A stretch of DNA of 64,000 nt from Gammaproteobacteria bacterium (GCA_030429735.1 JAUIET010000002.1:292414-356413); one strand, 5' to 3'; shown: positions 36,214 through 45,870, counted from the stretch's first letter. Notes: generated by a model from the sequence alone, not told the origin. A program made the numbers and translations.

Positions 36214-38880
36214 ATGACAATTAGAAACCTGGATGCTGCGTTCAAACCCTCGTCGGTTGCACTTATAGGGGCAAGCGAGAAACTCGGCTCTGTAGGACGC
36301 GCGCTGGCCGAAAACCTGATAAAGGATTTCGAAGGGCCGGTTTATCTGCTTAACCCTGAGTATGGGCAACTGTTTGGGCTTGATGGTTACCCGGAGCCAG
36401 GCGCTTTGCCGGAGGTGCCAGATTTAGCGATCATTGCCACACCACCCCAATCGGTACCCGAGCTAATTGCCAAGCTCGCTAAAGTTGGTACCCGGGCTGC
36501 GTGTGTGATAACAGCGGGTATTGACGAAGGCAATGGGCTGCGGCAAGCAATGCTGGAAGCTGCACGACCGCAGCTAATGCGTATCATTGGACCGAACTGC
36601 CTGGGCCTGCAAGTGCCCGGTCGAGGCCTCAATGCCAGCTTTGCGCCGTTCATGCCGAAAAATGGCTCACTCGCATTTATTGCCCAATCGGGGGCAATGA
36701 TTACTGCGGTGTTGGATTGGGCTCAACCGAGGAACATTGGTTTTTCGTGCACTGTATCAATGGGCGATATGACTGACGTTGATTTCGGCGATATGCTCGA
36801 TTATCTCGCCAATGATCGAGACACCAGCGCGATACTTCTGTACATGGAACACATAACACATGCGCGCAAATTTATGTCAGCAGCTAGAGCAGCCAGTCGC
36901 AGCAAACCGGTGATTGTTGTGAAGGTTGGGCGCTTCGAGGCGGGAGCGCGTGCTGCTGCTTCTCATACCGGTGCACTGGCCGGCATTGATGGCGTCTACG
37001 ACGCCGCTTTTCGTCGTGCAGGCATGCTTCGAGTGTTAACCTTGGAAGAGTTATTTGATGCTGTAGAGACGTTGGCATCGGCCCGATACCCCTCGGGAGA
37101 AAAACTCGCCATACTCACCAATGGTGGGGGTATTGGCGTAATGGCAATAGACGCGCTGGTCGCCGACGGCGGTCAGGCGGTAGCGCTTTCACAACAATCT
37201 ATTGATTCGCTGGACAAAGTCTTGCCATCGATCTGGTCCAGAGCCAACCCCGTTGACATATTAGGTGATGCTACAGCTGATCGGTACCGTAGTGCGCTGA
37301 ATGTTCTGCTGGATGATGATGATTTTGATGGCGTACTGGTCATGAATTGCCCAACCGCACTTGCCGGTTCAGAAGACGCAGCCAATGTCGTGATCGAGCA
37401 GGCACACCAGCAAGTTAAAAAGACACTTTTGACGTGCTGGGTTGGCGAGCAGTCAGCACAGTGTTCCAGGAGTAAGTTCCGAGAGCATCGCATACCTACC
37501 TATGATTCACCTGAAGATGCCGTGCACGCGTTTACTCAAATGGTCGACTATAGGCGCAATCAACAAAGCTTGCGCGAAACACCCCCCTCAATGCCGGAAT
37601 TATTCCTGCCTGACACCGCAAGCGCAGCAGTCCAGATCGACAATGCATTGGATCGGGAGCGCGAATGGTTGACCGAATTTGAGTCGAAGTGTGTGCTGCA
37701 AGCATATGGTATTCCAACGGTGACGACACATATTGCAACAACGCCGCAAGCAGTTGCTGATATTGCGAGGGGCTATGACAGTTTACTTGTGATCAAAATT
37801 GTCTCGGCGCAGATACCGCATAAGTCTGATGTTGGTGGTGTGTGTCTTGATGTCGACCCTCGTTTCGCTGGTGAAGTGGCAAAGGCCATGCTACAACGTC
37901 TGCGCACATCTCGACCCGATGCCATATTGGAAGGTTTCAGCGTGCAGGCAATGGTTCGCAAGCCTTTCGGTAGAGAGTTGCTGGTTGGCATGGTTAATGA
38001 TCGGCAATTCGGGCCAGTTATATTGTTTGGTCAGGGAGGCACGGCAGCCGAACTCGTCAACGATAAATCACTGGCCCTGCCACCACTCAACCTGAAACTG
38101 GCCAGAGAACTCATTTCTCGTACTCAAGTCAGTAAATTGTTGCGCGGCTATCGAAACATGCCTGCCGCGAATATGCATGAGCTGGAAATGGTTCTTGTAC
38201 GTTTGTCTCAGCTGGTCATTGATTTGCCAGCCATTGAGGAACTGGATATTAATCCTTTACTGGTCGACGACTCGGGCGTTGTCGCATTGGATGCGCGCAT
38301 AAAAGTCCTGGAAACCGAATTAACTGGAGCTGATCGGCTTTGCATTCGACCGTACCCAAAACAGCTTGAAGAGAGCGTCCGGCTGAATGACGGAAGCGAG
38401 CTGATGCTGCGGCCAATTGTGCCTGAGGACGAAACAGAGTTAAGGGAAGCGTTCGGTAGACTGACAGAGGAAGAAGTGCGGTTTAGATTTTTTACCCCCA
38501 TGAAATTTCTGAACCATATTAATGCTGCTAGATTTACCCAGATTGACTACGATCGACAGATGGCGTTGGTACTAACAGAGCATGGGGTCAGAGGTAAAAC
38601 AAAGATCTTTGCTGTGGTGCGGCTTGTCGAGGACCCTGACAGAGCACGTGCGGAGTTCGCGATTGTAGTCGACCATACTCTGGCGGGCCAGGGTCTCGGG
38701 ACGCACCTTATGAAGCGTATTCTAACGTACGGGCGTGAGCGTGGCATCGGTGAAGTTTTCGGTGACGTACTTTGGGATAACCAGCGAATGCTAGCGTTGT
38801 GTAAAGAACTTGGATTTGTCAGCGTCAGGTCATCGGAATCGCCGGGTGTGGTTCGTGTCAGTAAGAAATTGATTCTATAG
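36214..38880 (+). CDS. patZ: PatZ/YfiQ-type protein acetyltransferase (CoA-binding + ATP-grasp acyl-CoA-synthetase-like + C-terminal GNAT)
   Basis: 888 aa with N-terminal CoA-binding fold, a central ATP-grasp-like region and a C-terminal GNAT with the AGQGLGTHLM motif. Length and architecture match E. coli PatZ. Confidence 0.8.
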   Translation: MTIRNLDAAFKPSSVALIGASEKLGSVGRALAENLIKDFEGPVYLLNPEYGQLFGLDGYPEPGALPEVPDLAIIATPPQSVPELIAKLAKVGTRAACVITAGIDEGNGLRQAMLEAARPQLMRIIGPNCLGLQVPGRGLNASFAPFMPKNGSLAFIAQSGAMITAVLDWAQPRNIGFSCTVSMGDMTDVDFGDMLDYLANDRDTSAILLYMEHITHARKFMSAARAASRSKPVIVVKVGRFEAGARAAASHTGALAGIDGVYDAAFRRAGMLRVLTLEELFDAVETLASARYPSGEKLAILTNGGGIGVMAIDALVADGGQAVALSQQSIDSLDKVLPSIWSRANPVDILGDATADRYRSALNVLLDDDDFDGVLVMNCPTALAGSEDAANVVIEQAHQQVKKTLLTCWVGEQSAQCSRSKFREHRIPTYDSPEDAVHAFTQMVDYRRNQQSLRETPPSMPELFLPDTASAAVQIDNALDREREWLTEFESKCVLQAYGIPTVTTHIATTPQAVADIARGYDSLLVIKIVSAQIPHKSDVGGVCLDVDPRFAGEVAKAMLQRLRTSRPDAILEGFSVQAMVRKPFGRELLVGMVNDRQFGPVILFGQGGTAAELVNDKSLALPPLNLKLARELISRTQVSKLLRGYRNMPAANMHELEMVLVRLSQLVIDLPAIEELDINPLLVDDSGVVALDARIKVLETELTGADRLCIRPYPKQLEESVRLNDGSELMLRPIVPEDETELREAFGRLTEEEVRFRFFTPMKFLNHINAARFTQIDYDRQMALVLTEHGVRGKTKIFAVVRLVEDPDRARAEFAIVVDHTLAGQGLGTHLMKRILTYGRERGIGEVFGDVLWDNQRMLALCKELGFVSVRSSESPGVVRVSKKLIL

Positions 38881-38913
38881 TGTTCAGAGTAACGGTCTGC
38901 TCGGTAGTAAAAT

Positions 38914-38938
38914 GCTCTAATCTAAAACATGTTAGAGC
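38914..38938. terminator. candidate bidirectional hairpin (GCTCTAA-11 nt-TTAGAGC)
   Basis: 7-bp stem between convergent stops at 38880 and 38948, with A/T-rich flanks. Confidence 0.3.
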
Positions 38939-38947
38939 GATTATTTC

Positions 38948-39793
38948 TCAATCTTTTCCGGTCATCGGAAAGCGGATATCGATGACATGAGCTTTGAAAA
39001 AAGGAAAATACTCGTCTGTATCAAAAAAATTCCCTGCCTCTATGATGGTTGGCAGGCGAAACCCGGCAAACGTTTGGTACTCAGAAAGGTATCCGCCAAA
39101 CGCTTGGAGCTGGAACTGCTTTTTCGAGTTGGCATCAGTCCAGCGCTGAAAAACAACCTTGCTCAGCTTGCCCTCTGCATCCACTGTGAGGTCGACACTT
39201 TGCTCTAAACTGCCGCTAACCAGGCTTACGCGTGCCGTCGATTCGTCAACACTGGACCATCGAACATTGTCAGCGGGCAATAGTGCTGCCGGCGTCCAGA
39301 ACACGGCTTCTGCAATACAACGGCCGAACGCAGATCGGAGGTGGTCCGGATTCATCCCCGCGCGCGCAACCGGTGCAACACCCAACAGCCAGAATCGGCT
39401 CCAGCTACTATTGCCCTCAGCGCCGTCGGAGCCGGAAAGCCGTTTTGGCCCTCGGCCGGCTTTTAGTTTCCAAACGAAGCCGAAAGGTGGTGCGAGAATT
39501 TGTTCAGCCAGCATTGGCATGTAGTCTGGATTTTCTCGTGTCCCAAGACTGAATTCACCTCTCATCGAGATTTCTGTAACTCTGTAGAGAGGTGCGCCGG
39601 GCTTGATCGCGAAAAGAAAAAAGCGCCGTGCCGCAGCAGGCAAATCCTGAACCATCGAAGGGTCGAAATGCTCTGGAGTACCGGGTTGCCGGGAAGACAG
39701 GCGGGTCCATACACCGGTATCAAATCGATGGTCCCGCCATCTCCAGATTGCGAGAACAGCTAAAACAGCAAATACGGATACAACGATGAACAT
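38948..39793 (-). CDS. hypothetical protein with N-terminal membrane anchor
   Basis: 281 aa with one N-terminal TM (MFIVVSVFAVLAVLAIW). No motif recognised with certainty. Confidence 0.55.
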   Translation of the reverse strand: MFIVVSVFAVLAVLAIWRWRDHRFDTGVWTRLSSRQPGTPEHFDPSMVQDLPAAARRFFLFAIKPGAPLYRVTEISMRGEFSLGTRENPDYMPMLAEQILAPPFGFVWKLKAGRGPKRLSGSDGAEGNSSWSRFWLLGVAPVARAGMNPDHLRSAFGRCIAEAVFWTPAALLPADNVRWSSVDESTARVSLVSGSLEQSVDLTVDAEGKLSKVVFQRWTDANSKKQFQLQAFGGYLSEYQTFAGFRLPTIIEAGNFFDTDEYFPFFKAHVIDIRFPMTGKD

Positions 39794-39868
39794 GGACCGT
39801 TCGCTCCTGGAGTTTTACCTGAAGTTTGTCAACTCGGCGGATACGTTCGATTCGCGATGTGCACAAGC

Positions 39869-40849
39869 TTAACCAAGCCGAAGCAGAATGAGCACAACCA
39901 GAGTGCAGAGCATCAAGAGCCAGGCACAGGCGACTATCAGCGTTGCCCGCCGGGCTTTCTGTTGCTCCCTCCAGGTGCGGGGATTGATGCCTTTTAGAAA
40001 AAACACTATGTTGCTTGCCAGGTTGATGCTGACCACGTTAACGCCCAGCAACAGGAACGCACCGGTCGCCAGATCGAAATTTCCCGATCCGAGCATTAGC
40101 CCCAGAACAGCGGAGGGCGGCAGTAGCGCCACCGCAACCATCACGCCAACCAAAACACTGGACAGCCCGGTGGTCAGTGACAAGGCGGCAGCAGCACCGG
40201 ATGCCAGGGCCAATGCAATGGACTCAAGACCGACTTCCGTTCGGGACAGTATTTCCTTGCTGAGTAATTCGTGAGGCCATAGCCAGCCAAGCAGAATCGA
40301 TAATAATATGATAATCGATATGCCAATTAACAGTGTTAGGGCTGAGCTGCGCAACAGGGGGGCGTCGCCTAGTGCTGTTGCAAAACTCAGCGCAAGGCTT
40401 GGGCCGAGCAGAGGCGCTATAACCATCGATCCAATGACTACTGCGACATTATTCGCTATCAATCCAATCGCAACCACTACGGTAGAAAGCACGGCTAAAA
40501 CCACGTAGTTTGAGTCCAGGCGAGAGTTGCGTTCCACGTTTTGGTACAAGGCTTCCCGGCTGGCAATGGTTTTGGCTTTTTCCTCGCTGGCGCTGGATTC
40601 ATGACGTGGCAGTGCAGCTTCAACAGCCAGCACTAAAATGCGAGCGTCGGTCTGTGCGCCCAGGCTATTTTGCAGGGTATCAAGTACCCACTGAAGCTTC
40701 TCCTCTACAATCAGAAGACGCAGTTGCTGCTTACCTTCCTGGTCGACCAGACCCAGTCGACAATCCAGCGCGTCAGCCTGTTCGGCAATGGCTTGCACCG
40801 TCGCTGCGCTGCCTTCATCAGCGACTACTTCAACATACTTAATACCCAT
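39869..40849 (-). CDS. DUF389/TIGR00341-like membrane protein
   Basis: 326 aa with a soluble N-terminal domain followed by about 6 TM helices rich in Gly/Ala/Leu, as in DUF389 proteins. Confidence 0.65.
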   Translation of the reverse strand: MGIKYVEVVADEGSAATVQAIAEQADALDCRLGLVDQEGKQQLRLLIVEEKLQWVLDTLQNSLGAQTDARILVLAVEAALPRHESSASEEKAKTIASREALYQNVERNSRLDSNYVVLAVLSTVVVAIGLIANNVAVVIGSMVIAPLLGPSLALSFATALGDAPLLRSSALTLLIGISIIILLSILLGWLWPHELLSKEILSRTEVGLESIALALASGAAAALSLTTGLSSVLVGVMVAVALLPPSAVLGLMLGSGNFDLATGAFLLLGVNVVSINLASNIVFFLKGINPRTWREQQKARRATLIVACAWLLMLCTLVVLILLRLG

Positions 40850-40885
40850 ACTATTGGTATGATATTGGTTTATCTCGCGGCCTCG

Positions 40886-40899
40886 TTGATTACAATCAA
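40886..40899. promoter_or_regulatory. FNR/Anr-type box, perfect (TTGATtacaATCAA)
   Basis: Its centre is 43.5 nt upstream of the DUF389 start (40849). It lies 32 nt from the left end of the MITE. Confidence 0.6.
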
Positions 40900-40930
40900 C
40901 AATGTATAAGATGCAGTAGCCGCACGGGCA

Positions 40931-41198
40931 CTAGTGTCCCTTAACATAAGTTCGTACCATTTAGCCCGTCATTCGAGGCCTCCAGCGAGGCGAACTCTGC
41001 AGTGAATAGCGGGCTCTATTCGCAAAGAGTCCAACGAAGCTGGAGGCCTCGAATGGCGGGCCCTCCGGGAGCCAGCACAATGGCGTTCTTCGTTGTTGTG
41101 TCCCTTGCCAATATAGTCGATATTCCCTGCGGAACACGCCTAGAAGAACGCCATTGTGCTGGTTCTAAATGGTACGAACTTATGTTAAGGGACACTAG
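40931..41198. mobile_element. 268-bp non-autonomous MITE-like element with cloverleaf-type secondary structure
   Basis: Perfect 34-bp terminal inverted repeats at 40931-40964 and 41165-41198. Two internal perfect hairpins: 40970-40986/41039-41055 and 41072-41091/41143-41162. No credible ORF. Partial end copies occur at 25479 and 36151. Confidence 0.7.
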
Positions 41199-41248
41199 AG
41201 CCTGTTCTCAATTACAAGCAGAATCTAATTCGTCTCACTAATCGAATT

Positions 41249-41653
41249 TTAATCGTAGGGGAATCGTGGGTTGCCTTCGTAATAATTCAGGCGCAAAGCG
41301 AATTTTTGTCGTTTTCCGATGTAGATGACGACGCCATGCCGGCCTTTTTCAATATCCTTGATATACTCGAATTCTCTGTGTTGGTCGATTGGAAAGACAA
41401 TATCGGGGCGTTTGCCGATAACTATCACTTCTTCTAGAACCAATTGATTATCAGGAATTGATATTTCAATGCGTTGTATACCATCCTGGTCAGCGTCCGT
41501 CACGGAGTCTACCCTGGCCCCCAGAACGTGCTCCGTAGCACCTGCTTCGGGCAGTAACCAGCTCGTTTCGAGTTGAGTAGAAGTTTCTTCTGCAAAGCTC
41601 CATCCGTGCAGTGTCATCAGCAAGCATACGAATAAACATTTTTTTAGTGTCAT
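41249..41653 (-). CDS. secreted hypothetical protein
   Basis: 134 aa with signal peptide MTLKKCLFVCLLMTLHGWSFA. No motif recognised. Confidence 0.55.
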   Translation of the reverse strand: MTLKKCLFVCLLMTLHGWSFAEETSTQLETSWLLPEAGATEHVLGARVDSVTDADQDGIQRIEISIPDNQLVLEEVIVIGKRPDIVFPIDQHREFEYIKDIEKGRHGVVIYIGKRQKFALRLNYYEGNPRFPYD

Positions 41654-41716
41654 GGTTGCTCCAAGTGCGAATTGCGCTGGATAAGTGGAATATGAGCTGG
41701 CATGATGTGAGAGCTT

Positions 41717-42079
41717 CTAATCGCCCTCGGCCTCTTCTGCTCGAAACTGTCGAAGCGCCTTTATTGCTTCGCAGGCATATATAGACGCTGGGCCTCCGCC
41801 CATCAATACTGCCACACCGATTGCCTCAGTTATTTCCTCGTCGCTGGCGCCTTCACTTACTGCACCGCCGACATGGTATGCGATGCAGCCGTCACATTGT
41901 TTCCCCACGCCAATCGCAACCGCTATCAGCTCTTTTGATTTCTTGCTTAGCGCACCGTCTTTTAACGAGGCGCCACTGAGCGACGAAAACCCTTTCATGA
42001 CATCGGGTATTTTGTGTCCGAGCTCTCGATACAAGTCATTCAGTTCGTTTCGATATTGAGGATAGTTTGCTGATGACAT
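41717..42079 (-). CDS. carboxymuconolactone decarboxylase/AhpD-like peroxidase-family protein
   Basis: 120 aa with the CDGCIAYH CxxC motif in a CMD-fold context. Confidence 0.8.
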   Translation of the reverse strand: MSSANYPQYRNELNDLYRELGHKIPDVMKGFSSLSGASLKDGALSKKSKELIAVAIGVGKQCDGCIAYHVGGAVSEGASDEEITEAIGVAVLMGGGPASIYACEAIKALRQFRAEEAEGD

Positions 42080-42136
42080 GAGAATCTCCGTAGATAAGTG
42101 GCCAGCCTATAATGAGTTATTCTGCTGTCAACATGT

Positions 42137-42150
42137 TTGATTAAAATCAA
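42137..42150. promoter_or_regulatory. FNR/Anr-type box, perfect (TTGATtaaaATCAA)
   Basis: Its centre is 64.5 nt upstream of the AhpD-like start (42079). Confidence 0.7.
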
Positions 42151-42250
42151 CTTGCGCCAACAAATCAGCCATCTCTTAACCCTTTCGCTTCGCGCGTTTA
42201 CGAATAATGCGGGCGAATAACTTCTGGATAGCTTGGAATGAGAAACAGTC

Positions 42251-42264
42251 TTGATTCAAATCAA
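42251..42264. promoter_or_regulatory. FNR/Anr-type box, perfect (TTGATtcaaATCAA)
   Basis: Its centre is 64.5 nt upstream of the UspA ATG (42322). Confidence 0.7.
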
Positions 42265-42321
42265 CAGACATTTTTTGAAATTTGCTAGGTTTCAGTATTC
42301 CCACATTAACGGCGGCTAAGA

Positions 42322-42792
42322 ATGATGACACCATACAAGAAAGTACTGGTAGCTATTGATGTGTTTACCGAATACAAGCCCGTGTTGTTACGCGCATTGC
42401 AGGTGACCGACAAAGACAGCGAGATCTATCTGATTTACGTGAGCGAACCATTCTACTTTGGCGAGACATTGGCTCTTGGCAGCGAGCCAATCGAATTGAC
42501 TGGTTCAAAGGAAGCGCGCAAAGTATTGATTGAGATTGCCGAGCCACTTGATATACCGGAAAACCAGGTGTTTGTTGAGATTGGCCGGCCTGCGACAGAA
42601 ATTCACTCAAAAGCGAACGAAATCGAGGCCGATCTGATTGTGATGGGAACACACGGCCGGCATGGTGTGCAATTAATGCTCGGCTCTACAGCCAACGCCG
42701 TATTGCACGGAGTTAGTTGTGACGTGCTGGCGGTACGGGTTGGCGGCGAAACGATTGATGGCTCCCTAACTACTCAATCGACCGATGGTTGA
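42322..42792 (+). CDS. universal stress protein, single domain (UspA-like)
   Basis: 156 aa with KKVLVAIDV, the ATP-motif-like region MGTHGRHGVQLMLGSTAN, and CDVLAVR. Confidence 0.85.
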   Translation: MMTPYKKVLVAIDVFTEYKPVLLRALQVTDKDSEIYLIYVSEPFYFGETLALGSEPIELTGSKEARKVLIEIAEPLDIPENQVFVEIGRPATEIHSKANEIEADLIVMGTHGRHGVQLMLGSTANAVLHGVSCDVLAVRVGGETIDGSLTTQSTDG

Positions 42793-43785
42793 ATCTGGCA
42801 CCGGTAGTTTGTTTTTGTACAGAAAGTTCGGATTAAACAGTTTACTCTTGTAGCGTTCACCACCATCGCAGAGTACGGTAACGATGGTATGGCCTGGTCC
42901 CATCTCCTTAGCCATTTCAACAGCTCCGGCAATATTGATGCCGGCGGAGCCGCCGAGTAACAGCCCTTCATTCAGTAACAAATCGAACAGTATCGGCAGC
43001 GCAACTTCGTCTTCAATGCGGTAGGCCATATCCAGTGTTGTGTCGTGGATATTGCCTGGTAGAAAACTCACGCCAATACCTTCAGTAATCGAGCGCCCTG
43101 GGCTTTTTTCCAAGGTATTGTTTTTGAAGTAGTTGTACAACGCGGAACCTGCAGGGTCGGCAATCGCTATTTTAACGTCGGGATTGCGTTCCCTTAGTGC
43201 GTCCGCAACTCCGGCCAGTGTGCCACCGGTTCCCACGGCGCAGACGAATCCGTCTACCGTGCCGTCGGTTTGTTCCCAGATTTCAGGGCCGGTGGTAGTG
43301 CGGTGAATAGCTCTGTTGGCCGGGTTGTCGAACTGCCTGGCCCAAATGGCACCGTGCGGCTCGCTTTTCTTCCGCCCGTTCGCAATTTGCTCTGCCATAT
43401 GAATGTAATGGTTAGGGCTGCTGTATTCATGGTCTGCCACCAAAATCAGCTCAGCACCCAGAATATCCAGCCGCTCAATTTTTTCTTCGCTTTGCGATTG
43501 TGGCATCACTACCACACTCTGATACCCCATGGCGTTGGCTAATATGGTCAGGCCAATGCCAGTGTTGCCCGCAGTACCTTCTACAATCACACCACCAGGC
43601 TGCAATTCGCCATTGGCTTCTGCCGCCTGGATAATGCCAAGCGCCGTTCGATCTTTCACGGAGCCGCCCGGGTTCATAAACTCGGCTTTGCCATAAATAG
43701 AGCAGCCTGTTTGTTCAGACACCTGACGTAAATACACCAGTGGCGTGTTGCCAATCAGGTGGGTCATCGTGTGTTTTTCTGGCAT
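42766..43785 (-). CDS. PLP-dependent cysteine synthase/cystathionine beta-synthase-family enzyme
   Basis: 339 aa from ATG 43785 (GGAGAA SD) with NPGGSVKDR (PLP lysine) and the AVGTGGTLAG loop. Confidence 0.85.
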   Translation of the reverse strand: MPEKHTMTHLIGNTPLVYLRQVSEQTGCSIYGKAEFMNPGGSVKDRTALGIIQAAEANGELQPGGVIVEGTAGNTGIGLTILANAMGYQSVVVMPQSQSEEKIERLDILGAELILVADHEYSSPNHYIHMAEQIANGRKKSEPHGAIWARQFDNPANRAIHRTTTGPEIWEQTDGTVDGFVCAVGTGGTLAGVADALRERNPDVKIAIADPAGSALYNYFKNNTLEKSPGRSITEGIGVSFLPGNIHDTTLDMAYRIEDEVALPILFDLLLNEGLLLGGSAGINIAGAVEMAKEMGPGHTIVTVLCDGGERYKSKLFNPNFLYKNKLPVPDSTIGRLSS

Positions 43786-44187
43786 ATTTGTTCTCCTTGC
43801 ACTCTTAGTATACGGAAGCCTTAACGGATCTGCATCACTGGCCGTTCGCCCACCAGCTGCTGGATCGTGTGCGCTCACGAATGCTTAAGTGGTCGTCCAA
43901 CCAGGGCTTCCAGTGTTTACTGCGTGGGCTTGTCAAAATACGCTCGAGTGCTATCGTTCTTGCGGTAGTATATCCGCAAACTCCGTTAACACATGCTTTT
44001 TGGTATCACCCACCTAGCCCGCATTTTGGCAACCCATAATTCAAAGTATGGGGTGGTAATGGCCTGTTGCAGTTTGTGGTAGCCTACAGTGTTTTGATCG
44101 CAGCTTGTCATATTCCTGGCATGCTCGGCAACTTGCCTGTGTTGCGCTAGCAGCATCTAATTGATAGTGAGATAGAAGGAGTCAACC

Positions 44188-45009
44188 ATGCAAAACAACG
44201 AGGAACAAATTGAATTCTGGAATGGAGAAGCGGGCCAAAAGTGGGTAGTTCAGCAGCAAATCATGGACGCTACACTGAAGCCTGTCAGTGACGCCTTGCT
44301 GGCCCACGCAAACGCAAAACCTGATGAGATTGCGCTGGATGTGGGTTGTGGTTGTGGTGATACCACGCTTGCCTTGGCTCGCTCCGGTGTGTCTGTGATT
44401 GGTGTTGATATTTCCGAACCTATGCTGAGGCACGCGCGAACTCGTGTGGCAGAGAATCAACAGGCGCAATTTGTTCTGGCAGATGCATCGACCGAAGCGT
44501 TTCCAAAGTCATTTGATTTGATATTGTCACGTTTTGGTGTGATGTTCTTTGATGACCCTACGGCGGCATTTGCCAATCTAAAGAGACACGCGAGTGCTGG
44601 TGGTCGCTTATGCTTTGTATGCTGGCAACCCCCAAAACTAAATGCCTGGGTATCGGTGCCAATGATGGCAGCAAAAGAGTTGCTACCCGAATCAGCCCCA
44701 TTGGACCCGCACGCACCCGGCCCATTCGCATTGGCAGATGCGCAAAGAACTCAGCGACTGCTGGAAGACGCGGGTTGGTGCGATGTTCAGGTTGAGGACC
44801 TTCGCTGGTCTATGAAAATGGGCGATGACGCGGAAGACGCCATGCGCTTTGCAACACAAATAGGGCCATTGGCTGGTGCCTTACGCGAACTGCCCGCGAG
44901 CGAACACGGCGCCATTCTTGAGCGAGTGCTGGCGGCCGTAAAGCCTCATGAGACAACGGATGGCGTATTGATGGACGCTGCTTCCTGGGTGGTCACAGCG
45001 AACGCCTAG
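44188..45009 (+). CDS. class I SAM-dependent methyltransferase
   Basis: 273 aa with motif I LDVGCGCGDTT and an AAGGAG SD upstream. Confidence 0.8.
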   Translation: MQNNEEQIEFWNGEAGQKWVVQQQIMDATLKPVSDALLAHANAKPDEIALDVGCGCGDTTLALARSGVSVIGVDISEPMLRHARTRVAENQQAQFVLADASTEAFPKSFDLILSRFGVMFFDDPTAAFANLKRHASAGGRLCFVCWQPPKLNAWVSVPMMAAKELLPESAPLDPHAPGPFALADAQRTQRLLEDAGWCDVQVEDLRWSMKMGDDAEDAMRFATQIGPLAGALRELPASEHGAILERVLAAVKPHETTDGVLMDAASWVVTANA

Positions 45010-45024
45010 TAACAGTGCGACTTG

Positions 45025-45660
45025 TCAGGAAAACGAAGCGCCACACATCGCCAGAGTTTTTGCAACGGATTCTCTTTTTTCCAGAGCCTGTATGTAGCGC
45101 AGCACATTTGGATACACAGACGGGTCTACGCTTTCATTTGCCATGTACAGGTTGGCAAAGGGGCACATAATCGAAATGTCGGCAATACTGTAGTTATCAC
45201 CCACCAGAAACTCACGGCCCTGAAGGCGATCTTCCAGCAGCTCAAGCACCGCCGGGAGCATGGCCAGCCCTTCTGCAACGGCGCTCTCATCACACTCACC
45301 GCCCATCATGGGCGCGGCGACCCGATTGAAGAAAATCTTGCCGATAGCGGCAATCATTTCCTCTTCCATATATTTTTCATACCACAATGCCATGCCGTAG
45401 TCGGCAGGTTTTTCGGGGTACAAGCCAGTTGGGCCGTGCTTTTTCTCAAGGTAAGCACAGATAACGCTACTCTCGCCCAGCTTGATCTCATCATCGCTGT
45501 AGGCCGGGATCTTCCCTCTGGGGTTGATTGACAGCAATAGATCAGTTTTAGGCATAGGCAGCACCGAGTCATCGTGCTCGAGCTCAATACCTGCTTCATT
45601 AACATAGAGCAGAACTTTGCGTACGAACGGTGAAAGATTGATGCCTAGTAATTGTGCCAT
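45025..45660 (-). CDS. glutathione S-transferase
   Basis: 211 aa with an N-terminal thioredoxin-like fold (SPFVRKV) and a helical C-terminal domain. Confidence 0.75.
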   Translation of the reverse strand: MAQLLGINLSPFVRKVLLYVNEAGIELEHDDSVLPMPKTDLLLSINPRGKIPAYSDDEIKLGESSVICAYLEKKHGPTGLYPEKPADYGMALWYEKYMEEEMIAAIGKIFFNRVAAPMMGGECDESAVAEGLAMLPAVLELLEDRLQGREFLVGDNYSIADISIMCPFANLYMANESVDPSVYPNVLRYIQALEKRESVAKTLAMCGASFS

Positions 45661-45807
45661 TGCGTGCTCACTCCTGAAATCCAGGCACGTATCGTATCAC
45701 GTTCCTAGTTTCTCAGTTAAACCAGGACCTCGACCCGGTGTGCTCCATGGGCATACTTCGATACAAACACCGAACGGTAATGTGCAAGCCCTGATTCTTC
45801 ATTGGAT

Positions 45808-45821
45808 TTGATTCAAGTCAA
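45808..45821. promoter_or_regulatory. FNR/Anr-type box, one mismatch (TTGATtcaaGTCAA)
   Basis: Its centre is 141.5 nt upstream of the ompW ATG (45956). Confidence 0.4.
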
Positions 45822-45856
45822 GAGAAAGCCAGTCGGAGAGCCGGGTAAGTCAGCAT

Positions 45857-45870
45857 TTGACCTGTATCAA
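45857..45870. promoter_or_regulatory. FNR/Anr-type box, one mismatch (TTGACctgtATCAA)
   Basis: Its centre is 92.5 nt upstream of the ompW ATG. Confidence 0.45.

Noticed and set aside
41002-41241. 79-aa ORF inside the MITE
   Set aside because: It runs straight through the hairpin arms and terminal repeat. The peptide is partly self-mirroring because of the inverted repeats, and there is no RBS.
43786-44187. 400-nt intergenic region upstream of the cysK-like gene as a possible riboswitch or sRNA locus
   Set aside because: It contains one short hairpin (TTGCGG-tagtatat-CCGCAA near 43960), but I could not recognise any known riboswitch core (SAM, cobalamin, glycine) or a promoter/terminator pair. 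It is left unannotated, and an Rfam scan would settle it.
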